A DNA stretch of 64,000 nucleotides, taken from positions 1-64,000 of the IMG/VR virus record IMGVR_UViG_2795385551_000010; one strand, 5' to 3'. A model generated the notes under the pieces. That model searched no databases, had not been told where the DNA came from, and saw only the letters and a list, made by a program, of their open reading frames with translations. This stretch comes from a virus. Its lineage: Duplodnaviria > Caudoviricetes. Positions 37,371 to 47,634 of the stretch are shown piece after piece (positions within the stretch are counted from its first letter, which is position 1; the number at the start of each line of letters is the position of its first letter). Made by a program: the position numbers and the translations under genes.

Positions 37371-38545
37371 TACTTACCCCCCATGAGGGCGGCTACAGCA
37401 TCAACCAGCGACTTACCGCCGAGCTGCGGCCAACCCTTAGCTTGCGGCCCGCGCAATTGCTCCCAAATCTCGCGAATCATTACGTCAGTCGACGGATACG
37501 TGAATTCCGGTGGATCAACTGGAGGCGCAACTGTTCCGGTACCGGCATACTTGTTCACCGCAGCGATAAACACATCCCACGGGAAATTAGGGCCAACATC
37601 AGAATGCGAACCCCACTTAAGAACAGCGGTCACATATTTGTGATCACTAATGCCCGGCGTCCCCGTGTCATACGGAGGTGGAACAACCTTGATCGGAATG
37701 CCGTACTTCTTACAGTCCTGCACCGCCAGATAGGCCGCAACATCAATCGCCTTACCGGCCTTAGTCAACCAATCCTGACGAGACCAACTAATAGACGAAC
37801 CCGCGAAACAGTAATTGATCGACCGGTTATTAGCATTCCCAACAGACCATGACGCATAATCCGTATCAACGGAATCAACAACCGTCGCGCCGCCATCGGA
37901 TGCCTGACTAATCAGGGTGTGATACGAGACGGGATTAGCGCCGCCCTCCGTGCTACGAATGTATTTACCCAGATCATCGGCCGCGTCATTACCGCCGCCG
38001 CCCTCCTGCGTATGCAGAAGAATCAAATCAATCTTGGTTCCGCCCCGATCCTGGTAATTTTTAGTCCAGTTCGCATACTCATTGAAATCTGGCCTATCGA
38101 CCACAACATCCCCCTCAAGCCTGTTATACAAATCGACCGAAGCCGCAAAATGCTGGTCATACCGATCAGGAAATGCCGACTGCTGTATCTGCTGCGCAAA
38201 AGAACCCGGACTACGGCCTGGATCGTTATAAGGCAGCTTCGCGAGCCGGTCGAAGAACAATCCCGCCGAAAGGGTTGGATTCATGCACGTAGCACAATCC
38301 CCCCACCACCACTGACCATTAGCGCCCTGCACAACCTGCTGCTGAAACAGGCCAACACTGAAACCATCTGAACCAACCTGGTCATGCGGAATCGTCAATG
38401 ACTCCGGAACCTTCGAGTTCGCGTACATAACAAATCCGGTCTCGACATCAACCGTCGCCAACCCGATCTGAATACCGCGCGGAGTAATCCCCCTGCGCTT
38501 ACCCTCCGCAATTACAGCGCAGGCATAATCATCTTTCGCACTCAC
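37370..38545 (-). CDS. lysA: Lysin A (lysozyme-like + amidase + cell-wall-binding domain)
   Basis: SVGLFQQ; HTQEG...SYH...HSDVGPNFPW; EQLRGP..KGWPQLGG. Confidence 0.92.
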   Translation of the reverse strand: MSAKDDYACAVIAEGKRRGITPRGIQIGLATVDVETGFVMYANSKVPESLTIPHDQVGSDGFSVGLFQQQVVQGANGQWWWGDCATCMNPTLSAGLFFDRLAKLPYNDPGRSPGSFAQQIQQSAFPDRYDQHFAASVDLYNRLEGDVVVDRPDFNEYANWTKNYQDRGGTKIDLILLHTQEGGGGNDAADDLGKYIRSTEGGANPVSYHTLISQASDGGATVVDSVDTDYASWSVGNANNRSINYCFAGSSISWSRQDWLTKAGKAIDVAAYLAVQDCKKYGIPIKVVPPPYDTGTPGISDHKYVTAVLKWGSHSDVGPNFPWDVFIAAVNKYAGTGTVAPPVDPPEFTYPSTDVMIREIWEQLRGPQAKGWPQLGGKSLVDAVAALMGGK

Positions 38546-38772
38546 TATCCCCCAATGCGCTTAAACGGATTCAATCCGTTGATAAAATCCTTAATCGAAC
38601 TAGACACTTGCGCGATGATCCCCTTGGAAATGCTTTCCCCAATATCGCCCAACTCGTCAATAATCGAGTCAGAAATATGGTTGGCGATACCCGGAATCTT
38701 GTCCGCGACCTTTTCGGCGATTTTCTCTGCGATCTGGTCTTGAAACTTATCCAGCCGTTCCGAAATATTCAC
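38545..38772 (-). CDS. Small hypothetical phage protein
   Basis: GTG start overlapping the upstream stop; amphipathic helical. Confidence 0.6.
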   Translation of the reverse strand: MNISERLDKFQDQIAEKIAEKVADKIPGIANHISDSIIDELGDIGESISKGIIAQVSSSIKDFINGLNPFKRIGG

Positions 38773-39710
38773 TAAACACCGTCCTTCGCCTCCCATGCCG
38801 TAGGCTCAACACCCGGCGAGAGCAACGCCGTATTCCACGAAAGTCCCGTATAACGGAAACCCTCACCATGCGGAATCAAATTCGACGTATCCGTCCATGA
38901 AATAAGTGGCGTCAACGATGTACCCTTATAGCAGGCAATCGTGTCCGACAGCGCGTTGTACTTCACCGCATACGTGTCATCGTTAGCCACCGTGTTATCC
39001 ACTGGATCACCAAGATAAGTCCACGTCGTAGGGCCAGTGCCCGTAATCACGTGAACCTTGTTGTTGATAATCCCGGTCTCGAACTGGATACCCAAATAAG
39101 ATTCCATCGCGTAGTCAGAACAGACAATCACGTTGTACTTACCGGCACCGACATTCAACACCTTCGTGTTAATGGTCACCGAATCCATCGACATAGGCCA
39201 ACGCCACAACGCAGCCGCCGACGTAAACACCGGAAAGTTCGGACCCATCGAATTCGGCTTACCAATAAGCGAATGATCATGGATACCCAAAACTCCATTG
39301 CCGCCCATCGGACGCCACATAGGCCCGATGTAGTTACCGCTGAAATCAGCCGTGAACTGACGCGCCGCATCCTCCGGAGAAACCACAACCGACAACGGGT
39401 AGCGCGGCTCCTTACGAACCACAATCCCATAACGCAACGGCTCAATCCGGCCATCCGGATAAGTCAACAGAATCTCGAAATGCGCCCCATGCGGAATAGC
39501 CCGCACATCAGGCTCATCCTGAGTGAACGCGACGCCCGTATAACCAACCCTGCCGTCGAACTGCGCTAGAACAGCGCCAACATCATCCGTAAACGTAATC
39601 TGCGCTTCACTACCCTGCGGATACTTACCACGCAACTGCCATTCGGGAATATCGAAACTAGACCCCGCCGACAAACACACAGTGTCAAGCGACGGATCAA
39701 AACCCAACAC
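38772..39710 (-). CDS. Minor tail protein
   Basis: Synteny; beta-rich C-terminus. Confidence 0.7.
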   Translation of the reverse strand: MLGFDPSLDTVCLSAGSSFDIPEWQLRGKYPQGSEAQITFTDDVGAVLAQFDGRVGYTGVAFTQDEPDVRAIPHGAHFEILLTYPDGRIEPLRYGIVVRKEPRYPLSVVVSPEDAARQFTADFSGNYIGPMWRPMGGNGVLGIHDHSLIGKPNSMGPNFPVFTSAAALWRWPMSMDSVTINTKVLNVGAGKYNVIVCSDYAMESYLGIQFETGIINNKVHVITGTGPTTWTYLGDPVDNTVANDDTYAVKYNALSDTIACYKGTSLTPLISWTDTSNLIPHGEGFRYTGLSWNTALLSPGVEPTAWEAKDGV

Positions 39711-39731
39711 CTAATAACCCCCCTAAGGCAA

Positions 39732-41318
39732 TTAGACAGTGGCAACAGTCCTCTCCGCCGGAACCTCAACAAACCTGTCATCAGCCGAAACAGCCATAGA
39801 CCGCGATTCCGCAGAAACTGAAACCATGTAATTAACTTCGTCCACAACAACCCCCCGGTCATCGAAAGCGACAGACATAACGCGGTCGAACTCATCGACC
39901 ACCAAGAAACGGTTATCCGGCAGAACAACCACAAGCCGAGACTCGGCAGGAACGTCGATAATCTCGCGCGGCGTGGAAATCTGAACCCACATGGACGCCA
40001 GCACATGCAAGTCGGCCTGAGCCGTCACAAGCGCCGACAACACAGCGTCGGAAACCGCGACCACCGCAAGATCAGCCTGAGCCAACCTGGTGACCCGCGC
40101 CGCCGCGCTCATCGTCGCCGTAACCGCCAAATCCGCGGCCCCGGTGTCACCGGCCACCGCGTCAGCAGAAGGCGTCAGAGACACGGCCAGAGGCGCTTGC
40201 ACGTTCACTGTCCGAACCGCCGTAGCAGTCGGGAATGCCCACACCGCAAGGTCCGCATTCATCAGACCGTTGTTCGACACAGCAGCCGACGTGTAAGCCG
40301 TCACCCCGAGTAGCGCCGATACCGACACCTCCCGTGTGGCAGCCGCCGACAGCACCGCCGTAACCGCCGACGCGGCCTGCATGTTCTGGCCCTGCGACAT
40401 CGCAGCATCCGGTGTCAACGTCACCACCAAATCACCGATAGCGATCTTCGCCTTAGTCGAGTCGGCTGTCATCGTCGCAAACACCGACAGATCAGCGACA
40501 CCGTTAGCGGTCCTCTGCGCCGCACCAGTCATCACCGCGTTAACGAACATTGCGGCTTGCGCCTTAGCCTCGTACTGCTGGCCCATATTCGGGTAAGCGG
40601 TAATGCCAAGGTTCGCCGCCATCGACTGACCGCGCGAAACAGATACCGCCGTCGTAGCCGTCACTGACAAACTCGCCGCAGCTGTCATGCCCATCGTCGC
40701 CTGACCAGACGCGCTTACCGTCACGGACCTATCGGCAATAGCCGCCCATGCCACAGGCGCATACCAGGCGTAGAACCACACCCGGCCCGCGCCACCAGCC
40801 TTACCAGCATTCGCGATACCAAACGCGCCGCCCGAGCCAGGACCACCACCAGCCCCCGGATCAGTACCCGCGTTATTCGTGGAACCACCCACGCCACCCG
40901 TATAGGTCTGCCCGTTATAAATCTGATTGCCCGGACTCTCACCCGGCGTGTTCTTACCGTTACCCGCCGCCGCGCCAGCACCGCCCGCGCCGCCATTCGC
41001 CGTAGTCGTAGACCCGTTGAACGTCGCTGTCGAATTACCGCCCGCGCCCCCATTCGTTTCCTTAGGGCCTGCCGTACCCGCAGTACCATTCGAGCCCGTC
41101 ACCGTCGCGGCTGCCCATGAACCGCCGTCGGGACGCACCAAAGTAAGCACCTGGTACGTGCCCTTCTTACCCCCCTCGCCGGTCGTTCCAAGGCCACCAT
41201 CGCCGCCGCCGCCACCCCCGCCGCCACCGAGCAGAATCACATCAACCCGGTTGGCGTCGGTAGGCAAGGTGTACGTGTATGAGCCTGTCGCCGTAATTGT
41301 CGTCAGACCCAGCGCCAT
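39732..41318 (-). CDS. Minor tail protein with Gly-rich domain
   Basis: VILLGGGGGGG...GGAGRVW; Ala-rich repeats. Confidence 0.8.
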   Translation of the reverse strand: MALGLTTITATGSYTYTLPTDANRVDVILLGGGGGGGGGDGGLGTTGEGGKKGTYQVLTLVRPDGGSWAAATVTGSNGTAGTAGPKETNGGAGGNSTATFNGSTTTANGGAGGAGAAAGNGKNTPGESPGNQIYNGQTYTGGVGGSTNNAGTDPGAGGGPGSGGAFGIANAGKAGGAGRVWFYAWYAPVAWAAIADRSVTVSASGQATMGMTAAASLSVTATTAVSVSRGQSMAANLGITAYPNMGQQYEAKAQAAMFVNAVMTGAAQRTANGVADLSVFATMTADSTKAKIAIGDLVVTLTPDAAMSQGQNMQAASAVTAVLSAAATREVSVSALLGVTAYTSAAVSNNGLMNADLAVWAFPTATAVRTVNVQAPLAVSLTPSADAVAGDTGAADLAVTATMSAAARVTRLAQADLAVVAVSDAVLSALVTAQADLHVLASMWVQISTPREIIDVPAESRLVVVLPDNRFLVVDEFDRVMSVAFDDRGVVVDEVNYMVSVSAESRSMAVSADDRFVEVPAERTVATV

Positions 41319-41711
41319 TTACGCCGCCAAAGGACCAAACGTCAAACCAGCAGACGTAAGCGTCAAAGTATCCGTCGCAACCACACTTCGCGACTGCGCC
41401 AACGCCGCCGACCACAAAAAGTTACCGGCCGTAGAATTATCCCAAACACTGATATGCGTAATCGTCTCAGTCGCCGTCATCGTAAATGACGGGTTAGTGC
41501 CAGTAAGCGCAATCGTGCCATTCGCGGCAGCCGCATAAGTAGCCTGCGAGCGAGTCGTTACCGCAGACGGAGCCGTCGTACCATTCGCGCCCGGCGCAGC
41601 CGTATGCAACTTAATCCACAAAGACGCGGGCTGAGTCCATGCAGTACCGCCCCGCACATGATCAAGAATCTTGTTCGCAAGGTTGGCAGTGCTAATACCT
41701 TCGCCAGCCAT
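41319..41711 (-). CDS. Minor tail / fiber protein
   Basis: LHTAAPG...ITHISVWD...GNFL pattern. Confidence 0.8.
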   Translation of the reverse strand: MAGEGISTANLANKILDHVRGGTAWTQPASLWIKLHTAAPGANGTTAPSAVTTRSQATYAAAANGTIALTGTNPSFTMTATETITHISVWDNSTAGNFLWSAALAQSRSVVATDTLTLTSAGLTFGPLAA

Positions 41712-41845
41712 AAAACCCCCTATTAAATTGTTATTCAGTTATGAAAAAGAAAGCTATTCGCGAGTAGAACCATCCGCCTTAGTCACGACAGCCTCGGCAT
41801 ACGTGCGAACCTCAATCAGTTGCACGTTCTCATCAACATCCACCA

Positions 41846-42142
41846 CTACATTTCCTTGCAATCCACCTGGAAAGACCGATCATCCTGACGCCCCCCAGAA
41901 GTCGTAATATGAACCGTCACCTGATAAGAAGTCCCGGCCACGCCACCCGACAACCACACCTTCACAGCAGAAGCAGATGTAGAAGACGAATCAACAGCCA
42001 ATCCACCAGACGGAGTAACCGTTGCCGACACCGCAGTAATCGTGTCCCCCGCCCTAGCGAGCCACTTCGACCAGTCAATATCCCAATCCAAGACAGCCTG
42101 CGGATCTTTCTTAAACTTCCCCAAGGTCGCAACTAGCGCCAC
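41846..42142 (-). CDS. Tail fiber adaptor-like protein
   Basis: KDPQAVLDWDIDWSKWL...VWLSGG...GRQDDRS. Confidence 0.8.
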   Translation of the reverse strand: MALVATLGKFKKDPQAVLDWDIDWSKWLARAGDTITAVSATVTPSGGLAVDSSSTSASAVKVWLSGGVAGTSYQVTVHITTSGGRQDDRSFQVDCKEM

Positions 42143-42205
42143 CCAAACACCCCCTTAAGCCAATACCGCGCCTTAACCTCCGCCGCCATAAGCCACAGAT
42201 AGACG

Positions 42206-42364
42206 CTATACATCTTTCCAATCCACAACCTCGGCATACGGCCCGTAATGACCGCCGTTATCTACCGTCATAACAGCCCATGACATCGGACCCGACTCGT
42301 CATCACGCTTGATTGCGACAGCCGTATCGGAAACCTTTACCGCGCCGCGCTTATAGTTATCCAT
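42206..42364 (-). CDS. 52-aa phage protein (absent from the ORF track)
   Basis: MDNYKRGAVKVSDTAVAIKRDDESGPMSWAVMTVDNGGHYGPYAEVVDWKDV; fills the gap. Confidence 0.6.
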   Translation of the reverse strand: MDNYKRGAVKVSDTAVAIKRDDESGPMSWAVMTVDNGGHYGPYAEVVDWKDV

Positions 42365-42371
42365 TCATCCC

Positions 42372-44450
42372 CTAACCCATCTTGTAAAGACCAAAGAAAC
42401 CAGAACCGGCCTGATACGTCATATTCGCCGTACCCGACTTGGAACCCAATCCATTGTTCTTAATAGGCAGCGTGTAACCGAGCTGCACCACGTCGCCAGC
42501 ACTCAAACGAATGAACTCCGGCTTATCCCAATACAGGCTGATGGTGCCACCGCCAGAACCGTCATTACCGGCCGGAATAGTCTGCTGTTCCTGAGACACC
42601 AACGGAATATGGTTGGTGGTATTCACAACCACATCCGACGTTGGCGTACCATTAGCAACAATGCTCGATGCATTGGTAGACCAGGAAGTCCACGGAAAAT
42701 CGTAATGAACGTAATAAAGTCCAGGATTATTGACAGTGATCGAACCAGCCGAAACATTAATCGTAACGTCATCCGATGCGAAATTCTGCACACCATAGAA
42801 ACCAGACGGCAGGACGCCAGAGAACGTCGTAGAACTGCCCTGAGGCAGCGTGAACGAATGAGAAGGTCCGTTTATCGTAGACCCGCCATTCCGGGTCATC
42901 TTCCCGCCGCTGTAAAACGTCGTCTTAGCGTAGAAGTCGCCAAAGAACAGAGACGCCAGCCGGAACGAATCGTAAAGATGGTTACCGTCGAACCAGCCAC
43001 CGCTAGCAGTCTTACGCTGCATAACAATCGCCCCGCCAGTGCGGTTAGACGCGCCCGTCGTCACCGAGCTATCCGTAGCAGTCGCCTTAACGTCGCCACC
43101 AACATCGAGTACCCAGTTATTCGTCTTGCGGTACACCGTCGCCGAAAGCCCCTGACCAAATGGCCCATACCACGAAATGAACGGGCTATTAAACGTGAAT
43201 GTCCCGCCAGACCGCGAATACTTACCGACAATTGCCTGTTGGCCATTAATGCCGAAATATGCCCCGGTCGTGTATCCGGTATCCGAGCTGAACAACACAT
43301 AGGTAGCAATTGAATTCAAGCCACCCGCATCACCCAAGGTCACGGTCACCTGAACATCGTCAGTAGTAGCCACCTTATTGTTCGTTGCGTAGTAGGTTCC
43401 ATCACCCCTAGACGCATCAATACCGCAATATCCATTTCCGGTACGAATCTTCAAATCGGAGCCCGTAAACTCCGCTGGCAAGGCCGCACCGTCCGCGCCA
43501 CCGAACGTCGTAATATAATTCAACAACCCAGACGGCACCGTGGCCTGCTGACGCTGATACTGCGCCTGAATAGCAGAGGTAGCCGCCGCAGCCTGAGCCG
43601 CAGTCTGCGCAACCTGAATAGCTTGGTTCTTAGCATCAGTATTGGAGAAACCGTTACCGGCCAAACCAAGACCATTTACGAACGCATCGCGAACCGTGTT
43701 AATCCCCGTGATTACCTCGGCAATAGTTCCCGACGTAATCTTGGAAGCATCCAAGCCAGGGATAAAAGACGCCAACAAAGTGCCGAACAACTTAGTAGCA
43801 TCGAACAGCCCGTTAGTCGCAAGGTTCTGCAACCGGGTGACCACATCACCGACCACCGCCCCGGCCTTACCGGCGATACCGTCAAACCAGCTCTGCAACC
43901 CGGAAATCATCGAGACAACGAATTGGCCAGACGTGATCTTAGAAGCGTCCAAACCGGGAATGACCGCAGCGGCCAACAGGCCAATCACCTTAGCCGCATC
44001 CAAGTTCGACGCGGCCGTCAACAACTGCTGAACCCAGTTAGTGACCTGAGCATCAGTCGCCCCAGTAAGCCCAGTCAGCGCGTCCCTAAGCCACTTCAAC
44101 CCAAGGAACGAATCAACCGCCTTCTCAAAAGCGTCCGCTAGGTCATTCCACCGCTGCGTCACGAATGCCGTCAGATCAGTCAACCCACCCGGCGAGCCCG
44201 TAACCGCCTTAGTGATAAGGCTGACCAGCGTGCCTAGATCCTGAAACCCATGAAGGATGTTCGTGAAGAACGTCAAAGATGCGTTCTGCCAAGACGTATC
44301 GCCCTGGACCTGATTGCGGTAGAAGTCGGTAACGGCGGTCTGCGTCCGGCCCGCCAATCCAGACAGGTCCGGCGCATCCCCCTTACCGTCAACCCAGCCC
44401 GCCAGCCAGCCGCCAGGATCAAGCCCGGCGACACCGCTAGGCATCGTCAT
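42372..44450 (-). CDS. Minor tail protein (probable receptor-binding)
   Basis: MTMPSG start; IPGLDASKITSG repeats; beta-rich C-terminus. Confidence 0.85.
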   Translation of the reverse strand: MTMPSGVAGLDPGGWLAGWVDGKGDAPDLSGLAGRTQTAVTDFYRNQVQGDTSWQNASLTFFTNILHGFQDLGTLVSLITKAVTGSPGGLTDLTAFVTQRWNDLADAFEKAVDSFLGLKWLRDALTGLTGATDAQVTNWVQQLLTAASNLDAAKVIGLLAAAVIPGLDASKITSGQFVVSMISGLQSWFDGIAGKAGAVVGDVVTRLQNLATNGLFDATKLFGTLLASFIPGLDASKITSGTIAEVITGINTVRDAFVNGLGLAGNGFSNTDAKNQAIQVAQTAAQAAAATSAIQAQYQRQQATVPSGLLNYITTFGGADGAALPAEFTGSDLKIRTGNGYCGIDASRGDGTYYATNNKVATTDDVQVTVTLGDAGGLNSIATYVLFSSDTGYTTGAYFGINGQQAIVGKYSRSGGTFTFNSPFISWYGPFGQGLSATVYRKTNNWVLDVGGDVKATATDSSVTTGASNRTGGAIVMQRKTASGGWFDGNHLYDSFRLASLFFGDFYAKTTFYSGGKMTRNGGSTINGPSHSFTLPQGSSTTFSGVLPSGFYGVQNFASDDVTINVSAGSITVNNPGLYYVHYDFPWTSWSTNASSIVANGTPTSDVVVNTTNHIPLVSQEQQTIPAGNDGSGGGTISLYWDKPEFIRLSAGDVVQLGYTLPIKNNGLGSKSGTANMTYQAGSGFFGLYKMG

Positions 44451-44911
44451 TAGCCGCCCCCCTCCATGCGTGCACGAGCCTCACGGAGCCGCGAAACGCT
44501 ATCGAGAAGACGGCCCTCGAATTCCTTAAGCGCAGCCTCATGGTCACCCGGCCCAACCTGCGCAACCTCGGCAGCAATCTCCGGGAACTGCTCAGCCGCC
44601 ATAGCCGCCGCATGCGCAACCAATTCGTCCGGATCGCTCGTCAACTCCCCAATCGAGAAATTCCTAAGCGGCCCAGTCGGAGGCTTAATCCACTTCGTCT
44701 GCTTATCCGCATGGAACCGGCACCCGAAATCCCACAACATCTGAGACAGGGCAGGCCAACATTGCGGAGGAATAAGCGGCTGATTCCGGTACTTCCCTTC
44801 CCCCTTATCGCGAGGGTCGGGAATACCGGCCGAAAACATCCAAGCAAAAGCTTCCTGCGGATCATCCAAATTAGACTCGGCTTGAGTCTTAGACATTACT
44901 AGTTCCCCCAA
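44450..44911 (-). CDS. Minor tail protein (DUF2744-like)
   Basis: DDPQEAFAW...SQMLWDFGCRFH...QTKW. Confidence 0.8.
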   Translation of the reverse strand: MGELVMSKTQAESNLDDPQEAFAWMFSAGIPDPRDKGEGKYRNQPLIPPQCWPALSQMLWDFGCRFHADKQTKWIKPPTGPLRNFSIGELTSDPDELVAHAAAMAAEQFPEIAAEVAQVGPGDHEAALKEFEGRLLDSVSRLREARARMEGGG

Positions 44912-44914
44912 TAA

Positions 44915-46678
44915 CTAACTTTGAACCAAATGGACACCCACGTTGTTCAAAGCCTCACTCATCTTTTTGGCCAAACGAGCCATACGCTCACCAATAGACA
45001 TCGCGCGATCAGACTTACCGGCTTTCAGCACCCACGAAAGCGGATGCTTACTGTCCGAGTGATCCCACGCAGCCGTCATTTCTTCCAACTGATTCACCCA
45101 AATAATGTGTTCAATACCCTTGGACTGGACCGTTGAACCAAGACGCTGACCGATATCGATATGCAGACCGGGAATAATCCACGAGTCATGCAACGCCATC
45201 AGATGCGTAGTCTCAGCCCGCCCGACAAGGAACCCGCCACGCAATGCAGAAAGCGCACTCAACGACCACGCATTGTTTTCCGCACCCTGCTGGTACAGCT
45301 CCATGTAATGGCACCAGCCCAATTGCGTAGCACGTCCGGTGTTTTTCCATTCGAGCCACGCGGCAATGGTGCCTACAATGAAAGGCATGATTATGTCAGC
45401 GGCAATAGTTCCCGCACTAGAGAAACCGCCAAGCAAGAAATAGCCCAACAGGTTTCCCGTAGTTTCAATGATCAGCTTCGCAATAGCGTCTGCTGCCGGG
45501 TTATCGCCGCCCACCACAACCGAAACGTTTTTCGCCGGACCCCAACTAAGATCGCTCGACTCAATCGGCGTCCACTCGTTATCGCGCACTACCAACCAGG
45601 GCTGCTTAGCCATCGTGCCCAGCCAGCCCGTCTGGTAATACTCGTCAGGCTGCAACGTCTGGTCGTCAGAAACAACGCTCAACGTGTCCTCAACGAACCC
45701 GCCACCATAAGTAATCACCGAACGCGCAAAGCCGTCCAGAATCGTGCCCTCAAAGAACGTGCCACCCAGCGCGGTAGCATTCGAGTTATCGACAACCTCG
45801 AACACGAGAGCGCCATTAGCGACCCGCCCAAGCGGTGCACTGATCAAACCGTCAACCGTTTCGCCGTCATCCGACAAAACACGCCGATACGTCATCGTCA
45901 ACTGCGCATCATCAAGCGAATCCGCGATAACCGCGTCCACCGGATTCATGCGAGCTGACATGAAACTCCATAAGCTCGAATCGTCCAATAGCCACGGGCT
46001 GCATTTAATGTGCGTCTGCCACGATGACCAATCAATTGTCGTGCCCCAAGACTGCAAGTCGAATGGATCATCCGGCAGCGTGAAGGGGTGACCCTCAATC
46101 CGAAATAGGTTGATAAAAATTAATGCAGAAATGCACCATTTACTGGGGCCAGCCAGCGCGAAAATTCGCGGGAATTGAAAAAGCGGGATAGGCAATAGCG
46201 GATTAGGCGGGCACAAAATATATTGCAAATGGGTAAGCTCGTCGTTAAACGTAACTTCCAAATACTTAACGTGATCCTTTGACTTAACAGTCCAGTGATC
46301 CAGCAGACCCGACCAACGTTTCTTGCCACCGTAGAAATCAACGGTGACAACAACGTTCTTTTTGTAATCAGGATTGTTAGGCAGTTGCTTCAACCACATT
46401 GACATGTAGTGGTCATCCCGCAATTCCAAAACACCCTGAGTAGGCGTGTTGTTCTTAAACGGGAACGAACCCCTAATCGAATCGTCATAGTCGACGCGGC
46501 CCACATAAATCAGCCCCGGAGCCCCCGTAGGGTCATTCATCCAAAACCGGATCAACGGCTTAGCGCGCCGAAACGCCCAATGTTGCGCCCGCTGCTCGTC
46601 AGCCTTAGCCTCAATGGCCTTAAACGCCTTCCACGGATCGTTACCGTGGTCAGACATCAGACTTACCCAGTCGCTCAC
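44915..46678 (-). CDS. Minor tail protein (L5 gp28-like hub)
   Basis: RWSG...PNPLLP..QFPR; GTGA overlap. Confidence 0.88.
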   Translation of the reverse strand: MSDWVSLMSDHGNDPWKAFKAIEAKADEQRAQHWAFRRAKPLIRFWMNDPTGAPGLIYVGRVDYDDSIRGSFPFKNNTPTQGVLELRDDHYMSMWLKQLPNNPDYKKNVVVTVDFYGGKKRWSGLLDHWTVKSKDHVKYLEVTFNDELTHLQYILCPPNPLLPIPLFQFPRIFALAGPSKWCISALIFINLFRIEGHPFTLPDDPFDLQSWGTTIDWSSWQTHIKCSPWLLDDSSLWSFMSARMNPVDAVIADSLDDAQLTMTYRRVLSDDGETVDGLISAPLGRVANGALVFEVVDNSNATALGGTFFEGTILDGFARSVITYGGGFVEDTLSVVSDDQTLQPDEYYQTGWLGTMAKQPWLVVRDNEWTPIESSDLSWGPAKNVSVVVGGDNPAADAIAKLIIETTGNLLGYFLLGGFSSAGTIAADIIMPFIVGTIAAWLEWKNTGRATQLGWCHYMELYQQGAENNAWSLSALSALRGGFLVGRAETTHLMALHDSWIIPGLHIDIGQRLGSTVQSKGIEHIIWVNQLEEMTAAWDHSDSKHPLSWVLKAGKSDRAMSIGERMARLAKKMSEALNNVGVHLVQS

Positions 46679-47556
46679 AGCGTCACCCCCGGACGCGACC
46701 ACGGACGCGAGAACCAACGCGGAACCGTGAGCTTGATAGCGCCGCCCTGCGCCGCATCCTTAAGACGAACCGGCACATCGCCGCCCTTACCGGGCATCAG
46801 CGGATAGAGAAGGTCATTGCCCTTCCACCTGTGCTGAGTCGGCATTCCATTGGCCGAAATAAGCGTCTGCACGCGCGGATCAGAATCCGCAGATACATGC
46901 TCACCGGCCACCAAAGCGGGCAACGGAATAGTCCGGCCCACATCATCAAGGCCCCGCGAATACATGTCATTGCCCCACGAAAAGTCAGGCAATACCCACG
47001 TACCCGGAGCCGTACAAACCCACCGCAACCACACCGGCACATCGCCGTCATTGCGAATCGGGAACTTAGTAAAGTCATCCGTGTGAAGGGTTTCCCAAAC
47101 GTATTCCTTGGGCTCCTCCTGCCAATACGGGAACGTAGACGTAACCGTCATGACAATCGGGTTATCCGCAGTGATATGCGGATCTTTTTCGTAGTAAGGC
47201 TTAGGCTCTTCCATGAGCCGCACATTCAGCCAACGAGTACCGTCGCTAGTGGTAACCCTTATCGTTGATTCTTCGTCGTAGTCCCAAGCCCAACGCCAAG
47301 CCGAATCAATAGACGCCCACGTATCCGGATCGGCGTCCCACGCCTGAACCGAAAAAACAATCTCGCGGCGCTGCACACGCTTACCCGCGTATTCCTCACC
47401 AAACGGACCAGGAACGTAAAGCGTCTTAACCGGCGCGTCATAAAACTGTTGCAAGTTCGGGGAAAGGGTCACCCCCTGCTTCCCCATGCCGGGACCAGAC
47501 AGAACCCAATGGGAACCATCCCGACCCGTCAATTCAATTTTCAGGAAATCGGTCAC
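46675..47556 (-). CDS. Distal tail protein (L5 gp27-like)
   Basis: ELTGRDGSHW...WVLPDFSW...PRWFSRPW; follows TMP. Confidence 0.88.
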   Translation of the reverse strand: MTDFLKIELTGRDGSHWVLSGPGMGKQGVTLSPNLQQFYDAPVKTLYVPGPFGEEYAGKRVQRREIVFSVQAWDADPDTWASIDSAWRWAWDYDEESTIRVTTSDGTRWLNVRLMEEPKPYYEKDPHITADNPIVMTVTSTFPYWQEEPKEYVWETLHTDDFTKFPIRNDGDVPVWLRWVCTAPGTWVLPDFSWGNDMYSRGLDDVGRTIPLPALVAGEHVSADSDPRVQTLISANGMPTQHRWKGNDLLYPLMPGKGGDVPVRLKDAAQGGAIKLTVPRWFSRPWSRPGVTL

Positions 47557-47584
47557 TCTATTTAGTTGTCTCCCCCACAAGAAA

Positions 47585-47612
47585 ACCCCGCCCAACCGAA
47601 GTCAGGCGGGGT
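47585..47612 (-). terminator. Hairpin after TMP
   Basis: ACCCCGCC/GGCGGGGT followed by TTTC on the - strand. Confidence 0.6.
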
Positions 47613-47634
47613 CTCCCCGTGAATCGTTATTCAG